Shown: positions 56,276 through 64,000 of the stretch, piece after piece | How the letters are laid out: every line of letters begins with the position of its first letter | How positions within the stretch are numbered: position 1 is the stretch's first letter | NCBI GenBank assembly: GCA_964016885.1 | Contig: CAXHJY010001444.1 | Location: 1-64,000 of the forward strand | Reading direction: 5' to 3' | Source: Eledone cirrhosa | Taxonomy: Eukaryota | DNA length: 64,000 nucleotides | Translations under genes and position numbers: made by a program | Notes under the pieces: model-generated | Told to the model about the DNA's origin: nothing | Database searches by the model: none | Seen by the model: the letters and a program-made list of their open reading frames with translations, nothing else

Positions 56276-58210
56276 GAAATAATAATGGGGTACCTTTGAG
56301 TACCCCATACACCTTGAGTCATGAATCTATATGTCTAATCAATCAGATGTCTAATCGATGAGTGCATCTCAACACCAACGCTAAGTCTTCATTCGTAGCA
56401 TTTTCATTTATATAGAAATACAATACTCATTAATCATCATGTAGATACGGGTTGATTTGGGTGCAATATGTTTAGGTACATGGGTGTATACATACCTGTT
56501 GTGACTGCGTGTAGCTTAATGATTAGAGTGTTCGGCTCACGTGACATGCATTCCATGACTAGGTAGCGTTTTGTGTTCTTGAGCAAGACACTTTATCTCA
56601 CATTTATCCCAGTCTATTCAGCTGTCAAAAATGAGTGTCTCGGTAATTTAAAAGACCAGCCTTGTCATTCACTCTGCTAAGCTGCAACCCCGTGAAAACT
56701 AAAGTAGGTTGCACCTGTCTGTGGGATGTACGTATATTTCACGTATATTTGGAAAATTGCCGGTGGAACTAAGGTAGGTTTAACACATAAAATACAACAC
56801 CTTTTACAAACACTGTTTCGTGTTACCCCTCCTTAAAATCAAATGTTTGGTTTAGCAATATCGTTAATAAATATAGAAATACTATTCAATTGTATTTCTA
56901 TCTTGTATCAGAAAATAATAAGTATTGCTTCCCTACATTTTTCAGTTTCTTTCTCTGAATGTTTTGGGCTACGCAATATAAGATGGCGATTTCAATTTTT
57001 CATCACGCAAGGAAATCTTATTTAAAAATGTTCAATATTACAATAAGGTATAATTTACGCACATATTTCCTAAATACAACACAACTATTTCGCTAAGCTT
57101 ATCAACATAATGTGATAGATATTGTACACGGTAGACGCTGTTGTTATGACAGCTCATACATCTTTCATGTTAATCTCTTCAATCTGCTTCTTTAAACAAT
57201 AATTTACGTCATTATATTGTTTCATTGAACCAGAGTGTTTGCCTTCCATTTGGTTTTCGTCACATAATTAATAGTTTTTTTTTCTTCTGAAAAGTTCTTT
57301 GCTCAATAGCCTGATAAATACATTTAAATTATTGTGAAAAATCTTTCCTGGTGAAATATTTACCATTCTTTCAATTTTCTTTCATTCACCAAGTGGTTGG
57401 AAGTTGGTTTTAAAGTATTATGAGGCATCATTTAAGTTAAATTACATCTGCCTAACTATTCATGTGAAGTTGTAATTCTACTGAAAATGGTTACTCCCGA
57501 TAAAGAATTTCCAATATGAATTTATTTATTAACTTTTTGCATGTTGTTGAAACCTAGGTTACTAAATATTTCTATATTGTTATATAATATGTTACGCAGC
57601 ATTGATTTGTATAACTTCAATAGGTATTAGGAAAAGATTTCATGCTCAAATTGAATGCAAAAACTAGATACTATAATGTTTTAGCCATTTCATCGCTGGA
57701 ATTCCCAATGCAATAAAGAAATATAACATAAAATAGATTGTTGTATCCCTAACTCAAAATATTATAGATGGTGTTAGCATTATTCTTCGTGATTATACGC
57801 TATTTAACGGATTCTATATTTCATATTGATGGTCTATATTTCAGTAATGGAGAGTGTTTAGATTGGCTTCGTCCTCCAAATTTCACTCACAAGGTATTGG
57901 TAAATCCGTAGCAATTGTAATAAATGCTTTCCCAAGGTGCCATACACGTGGGTTTGAAGCCAACTCCTTAAACAAACAGCCATACCCGCACATGTGTAAA
58001 GAAAAGAAAACTTAATGTCGTGTTAATTATCATAGGATTTTAACAGCTTCCATTATCTAAGCCGGATGATATTCTAACCAAATAAATGTCCAACTAAAGC
58101 TGTACAAGTGTAAAATTTGAAATTTTGATTATGCATCTCAATTATGAAAAAAAATGGAAAATCTCTTCATACACACACACATATACGCATGGGCACGTAC
58201 AGATACAGAT

Positions 58211-58284
<74 letters not shown>

Positions 58285-58404
58285 TATATATATATATATA
58301 TACTCCTGTGTGTAGAGAGAAAAGGAGAAATAAAGATGGAAAAATGTGAGTCGACCGAGCGTGTCACATTTTACGTGTGTTCACATTTTATCCAGAAAAT
58401 ACAA

Positions 58405-58810
58405 TTATAATTATAATTATTATTATTATTGTGTCACGCAGTATAGATGGAAAATGCACCGAAGTATTTAGTCATCTGTCAAATCACAAGAAGGAAATCA
58501 GACAATATTTTCCTTAAAATGTGCGCAGTGCCTATCAAAGCTGATTTTTGTATGTCACCAATCTTGCATGGTATTCCAAATGTTTAAGAAGGCTTGGAGT
58601 TTCAATGGGATTGATTCTAATGTCCCAATCACAACTGGTATCACTTTCACATTACCCTAACGCATTCCCAAAAAATCTTGCCATCTGTACTTTCAATTCG
58701 GAGTTAGTGGTGATGTTTTTAACCTCTTTACTCGCAATATTCATGTCATTTGGTATGGCTACGTCTATGATCTGACAGTATTTAGCTTTCTTGTTCATTA
58801 TTATAAGTTT
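58405..58810 (-). mobile_element. R4/Dong-type non-LTR 3' fragment with (AAT)n tail
   Basis: IIDVAIPNDMNIASKE..VIPVVIGTL..IQKSALIGTAHILRK restriction-like endonuclease end. Confidence 0.78.
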
Positions 58811-59669
58811 ATTATTTTTGAATGTTTATTTCTTAGTCTTATTTATAAATGTTTCTCTCACACAAAACTTCCTTGTACCAACCTGTACCAGCCTTATTGT
58901 CTTCTTAAAATGAGCCTTGTGTGGCTAATAAAGAAACCATCTTGACAGTATCGGTAGGGCGTCGAACACCCTGCTTGGTGGCATAAAGTTACGGCCCTTT
59001 ACGTTCTGAGTTCAAATCCCACCGAGGTTAGCTTTACCTTTCATCCTTACCTTACGGGGTCGATAATATAAAGTACCAGTCACGCACTGGGATCGATTTA
59101 ATCTACTTTCCCCTTCCCTTTAAATTGCTGGCCTTGTGCCTAAAGTAGAAACAATTATTATTATTATTAGTGTTGCGGATTGGCAGAATCTTTAGAGTGT
59201 TGGACATAATGACTCACAGTATGTAGCTTATATTGGTACTACAGACGTGTGGAGAGAATTTTTAAGGAAGAAGGGCCCTTAACTTCTGGTGAAGTTGTTG
59301 ATTATATTTAATACAAAAGTGTGTTTTCTGTAGGTGTATGTACATGCGCAAGCTTTAACTCAAACACCTGAACATCTGCTGCAAGAAAATTATATGATAA
59401 GACATTTATATACACATCTGTGTGAAATACTATATATATATATATATATATAATAAAAATAAGATAAGGGTAATATTGTATGTTACCCAATTACCAGTAA
59501 GACAAGTAGCTCAATGTAAAATATCAAGTAAAATACAATGCAGAAATACAACATAAATAACAATTAAATTGTGTTTAAGATATTTAATAGCTTACGAACG
59601 TTTCATCCATATATATATATATATGCGCATGTGTGTGTGTGTTAGTGAAGTACAAGATCTACCGCGAAC

Positions 59670-59712
59670 GCATGCAGTTTCAGCTAGATACCTCTTCTAG
59701 TTTTCATCAGGA
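59670..59712 (-). ncRNA. HHR-like motif
   Basis: CTGATGA-A-AACTAG..CTAGCT-GAAAC; stem I unclear. Another 3' half (GAAACGTTCGTA) lies near 59590. Confidence 0.5.
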
Positions 59713-59956
59713 AAGTGTTTCAAATTTAAGGGAAATGTGAGGAGGGAATGTAAGTAGTAAAAAAGCGGAAGTAAAAGAAAGAAAGGAAAATAAACGTAAT
59801 GGCGAGGAAATGAAAAGAAAAAAAACGGAATGAAAAAACCCTGTCGATTGGATGTGTAGGCAAGTCACAGGGATATGGCTAGCCTAAGTAGAAGGTCAGT
59901 CAGTGGTTATAACTTCGTAGCAAAGCGGGGAGAGGGATGGGATGGCGATTAGAGGT

Positions 59957-60000
<44 letters not shown>

Positions 60001-60038
60001 GAAGAGGAAATATATATATATTAGAGGTGGATATATAT

Positions 60039-60096
<58 letters not shown>

Positions 60097-60724
60097 ATTT
60101 TTTTATTGCACCACGGTAGCTGTACCATGTTTCTCTTCCCTGATATTTCACAGTGATGAGTTGCCTACTAAAAGCCTAACAATACATAAACTGTTGAAAG
60201 TATGACACAGTATTTAAACAGCTATACTTTAACATCAAAATACAAGAGGTCAATAGAATTCAATAGTCAAACCCATCAGAATTGCTATGTGGTGCAGTAA
60301 AAAGTAATAAAAAAAACTTTTGCAAAAATTTATCATTTTTTTAGCCGTGTAAATGGTCAATAATTCAATGAAATCACAAAATTTGGACATGTCTGTGCGC
60401 AATGTAACATTAAAATCAATAGGTTGATAGCTAAGATGTAAAATCTCATCTGTTATTCTGTATTTTTGTCCATTACTGACTCATCTGATAAAGAACACGC
60501 TATCTAAATATTGATAGCTCTTCTTTAAAGAAGAGAATGTAACCTTTTTGCTATTACATTTCTAATGAAAGACAAAATAATTTTGAAAATAATCACTAAT
60601 TTTGTGGGATTTCGTGTGGTGTTTATAAAAATACTAAGCAAAGGTTCTTACATAGAATTATGATTGAATGAATGATTTAAGATGAATACATATACTACAA
60701 ATCAAATAGTTTTATATTATAGAA

Positions 60725-60947
60725 CAGGCATGTCAAGCATGCGGCCCGCGGGTTGCATTCGGCCTTTTACAAGCACACCTGCGGCCCGCACAAATGTTTT
60801 TGCAGTGCGAGCATGTATTATCTTCGTAATGTAAAATTAAAAAAGAAATTAGTTGTAATGTGCGCAATTAGTTATCATGTGTATCCCTCAAACAACACAA
60901 TATGTGACCCATGCGGTCCTCGGGGGACCCTCAGTTTGACATGCCTG
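60725..60947. mobile_element. hAT (Charlie-type) MITE
   Basis: TIR CAGGCATGTCAA/TTGACATGCCTG; perfect 8-bp TSD TTATAGAA; subterminal GCGGCCC repeats. Confidence 0.93.
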
Positions 60948-61115
60948 TTATAGAATCAAAGTAGACTCACGGACATTTGATGTGCGTCGACATGTGAGAA
61001 CATATATCTGAGGAGCTTTCGATTCCAGAGTTTAAATGAGAAGAGACTGTCCGTTTTTCCGTTGTCCCTGCCATATGTACGCCTCTATTTTTGTCATATA
61101 TATATATATATACAG

Positions 61116-61151
<36 letters not shown>

Positions 61152-61239
61152 TCCTAATGATTTAATACGTATGAAATAGTTCTAGTCATTTAGAGGTCAT
61201 TTCCATATAAAATAAAGATACACACATACACACACACAT

Positions 61240-61283
<44 letters not shown>

Positions 61284-61285
<2 letters not shown>

Positions 61286-61752
61286 CTTTGATAACTTTGA
61301 TAGGTTTCGGCCAGTATTAGCCCAGGCCATGTCTAACTTAATAGCACCACCTGGCGAAGTCTTTCAAATCAGGATTTGGGCAGCATGGCCCACTCGAGTA
61401 GAGAGTTATTGTTTACGGAGGCATATCCGGCTGTAGGAGGCTTACTCGGGATTTCTTGAAGGAATTTGTCCAAAGAATTCTTGAACTTGATGGGGTCTGT
61501 TTCTGTTTTAGTGTGTTTTGGTGTAATGTTAAAGAGTGCAGTGCCAATTGAGTTGAAATAATTGTGCCGTAGTGTTGTTATGAGATGCGAGTGAGATTTT
61601 TGTCGTGGGCGGATAGCACGGGGCCCAAGCCTTGGGTGTACATTAAAGGTGATGCCAACATCATTTGGGCAAAACTGATGATGGAATATTTTCCGCATCA
61701 TGCAGATGATGTAGCGCTCACGGCGACGTTGGTGAGAATAAAGGTTGAGCTT
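61284..61752 (-). mobile_element. CR1/L2-group LINE 3' fragment
   Basis: LNLYSHQRRRERY..LFNITP..FKNSLDKFL..NNNSL (stop 61369), short UTR and (TATCAAAGT)2 tail. Confidence 0.8.
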
Positions 61753-61925
61753 TATATATATATACATAAATGTATGTATGTATTATATATATATATAAAT
61801 GCATGCATGTATTATATACATACATACATACATAGATACATATATATATATATATATATATCTGCTTTGTAAGAGCATAGAGTGCTCACCGGCATACCGC
61901 CCATGGAAGCATCTTAGCTACCATA

Positions 61926-62016
<91 letters not shown>

Positions 62017-63235
62017 AGACAAGTTCAGCCACCCCTACCTCCCACCAAATGCCCCCTCAACAACAAATACCGAGAACGTAACGTGAACTACCAGTGCAAC
62101 TTGAGGACGGACACCTCCAACAAAGCTTATATAGGATTAACCGCGTGTGACCTCAAGACCCGGCTCTACCAACACCGACATACTTTCCGAAACTCGGTTC
62201 GGCGACATGCCACTACACTTTCGGACCACATCTGGGACCTCCAAGATAACAATATAACTTACAATCTCACTTGGAGCTTACTGCCCAGAGCTAACTCTTA
62301 CACAGGGGGACTCTGTCAGTGTAACTTATGCTCGGAGGAAACATTACAAATGCTGTTTTCGAAGGACCAACTCCTAAACAAGAAAGATGAACTGGTAACC
62401 GCATGCAAACACAGATTGCGTAGGACTTACCTCGCCCTCAAACCCTATAACGACCCGGGTGGGTAGACAAGGGCTGATACCCCCCCCCCCCCCCCACTCC
62501 CCCCCACACACACACACTTGCCGAACAAGTTAGGGGAAACCCCAGCTTATATAGGTAAATGTATCTTTTCTTTTCCTCTTTGTCTCCTTCTTCCCCCCGC
62601 CTCATCCTATCACTTCCTTCCACCCCCCCCCCCATTTTCTTCCTCGTCTGCTTTTCTCTTTCGCCTACCCCGATGCAGCCCATCGGGCCTTGTAGCATCA
62701 GTTCCCCCACCCCTGTTATTTTACTAACTACTTATAACAGATGTGTTAAAAACCCCTTTAAGTTTGTATCACTTTTGTAATTTCTATAAGTTTTTTCTAT
62801 TCTCAACTTATTAACCTGTAATTGTAAGATAGCATTGTGATTTATTTATAAATTTCTCACTATCTAATTTTATATATTGTTTTATTTTTTTAATTTCTTT
62901 CTAGTATCTTTTATTGTCTCCTACTCTCTTTCGATTTTCCTATTCTATATACTTAGAATTTGATGTATACATATCACTTTCAACGCCTGACCGCTCTACT
63001 CACTCCCCTATTGTTCTACAGGCAAGTTCAGCCACCCCTACCTCCCACCAAATGCCATGATAGCCTTATTTGTGTTACAACAAATTTTAACCAATCCTCT
63101 TGACAACTACAATCTTCCCATATAAGGAAGTATCTCCTTGAAAAGTTCGGCCATTTATTCACCAGGCTAAAAATTCTAATTTAATCCAGAAATAGCCGCC
63201 GAAACGGCTTGAGCTCTGCCATCGGGGTCATACTT

Positions 63236-63240
<5 letters not shown>
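62017..63240 (+). mobile_element. 3' fragment of a second PLE (Hydra-like endonuclease) ending in the family A sequence
   Basis: EN remnant, then a long 3' region with an intron-like segment and a decayed HHR (63134-63213). It ends ..gaaacggcttgagctctgccatcggggtca..(TA)n. Confidence 0.85.
62047..62466 (+). pseudogene. 5'-truncated GIY-YIG endonuclease domain
   Basis: KCPL..VNYQC..YIGLT..KTRLYQHRHTF..TLSDHIWDL..TWSL..CNLCSEE..LLNKKDE..CKHR; lacks the CxxC of canonical PLE endonucleases. Confidence 0.85.
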
Positions 63241-63317
<77 letters not shown>

Positions 63318-63659
63318 GTGTATTGAAGTATTCAAACCCAACTGACTTCTCTCTCTATAATAGAATAATCTAGAACAACAATGTCGTATTTCTGATATAG
63401 AAAGAATATTTTAGGTTTGAACTAGTTATCTGAATTGTAGGGTGGCATGGAAACTGGGAAGTAACAACAATAAAAAGATACATGTTCTTTTCTACGTTTT
63501 ATTTTCTAAATTATCTAGAATAATTCAGCAGACAAAACAACATAATGCTTCTATCTCGTGATCCTTCAAAACCTCAAATGTAGCCGAAAAACTAAATAAC
63601 TGAGCAATCGATACATTTTTTTCTAATGCCAAATCACTAAGCTGACAAGCAAACGTATG

Positions 63660-63697
63660 ACATACACACGAGCACATACACGCACACGCGCGCACAT

Positions 63698-63730
<33 letters not shown>

Positions 63731-63788
63731 CATATACTCATACTCATATATATGTATATATGTATGCATATATACATATATATACATC

Positions 63789-63856
<68 letters not shown>

Positions 63857-63864
63857 TATACATC

Positions 63865-63906
<42 letters not shown>

Positions 63907-63924
63907 TATATGTGTATATATATG

Positions 63925-63962
<38 letters not shown>

Positions 63963-64000
63963 TATACATATATGTATATATATGTATATATATATATATA
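63660..64000. repeat. Degenerate (TA)n/(CA)n array
   Basis: Direct inspection. Confidence 0.95.

Noticed and set aside
57100-57850. Possible decayed DNA-transposase remnant (minus strand; IEIFS.., TTSH)
   Set aside because: Too many stops and frameshifts to support without a TBLASTN/HMM search.

Overview
This is AT-rich, gene-poor metazoan DNA; the SINE content suggests a cephalopod (Octopus-like) genome, which is an inference. I found no host exon, and nearly all ORF-track entries are microsatellite translation artefacts. The window is a mosaic of (TA)n/(TG)n/(CATA)n/(CAT)n arrays and retroelement debris. It holds a 5'-truncated Penelope-like element (PLE; RT + GIY-YIG, 3115-5385, three in-frame TGA) and a second PLE 3' fragment (62017-63240). 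It also holds 3' fragments of L1/Tx1, CRE, RTE, R4/Dong and CR1/L2-type LINEs, many tRNA-derived SINEs, an RTE-derived non-autonomous family and two MITEs. The most notable signal is a dense set of short inserts in (TA)n tracts from several unrelated PLE end (pLTR) families. These carry minimal type-I hammerhead ribozyme (HHR) motifs (about 15, several intact). They recur as 'palindrome + single-copy tail' units whose symmetry centre lies in or next to the HHR, and the tails share a covarying bulged stem-loop (ACTC-stem-NN-GAGT). All RNA structures were paired by eye.
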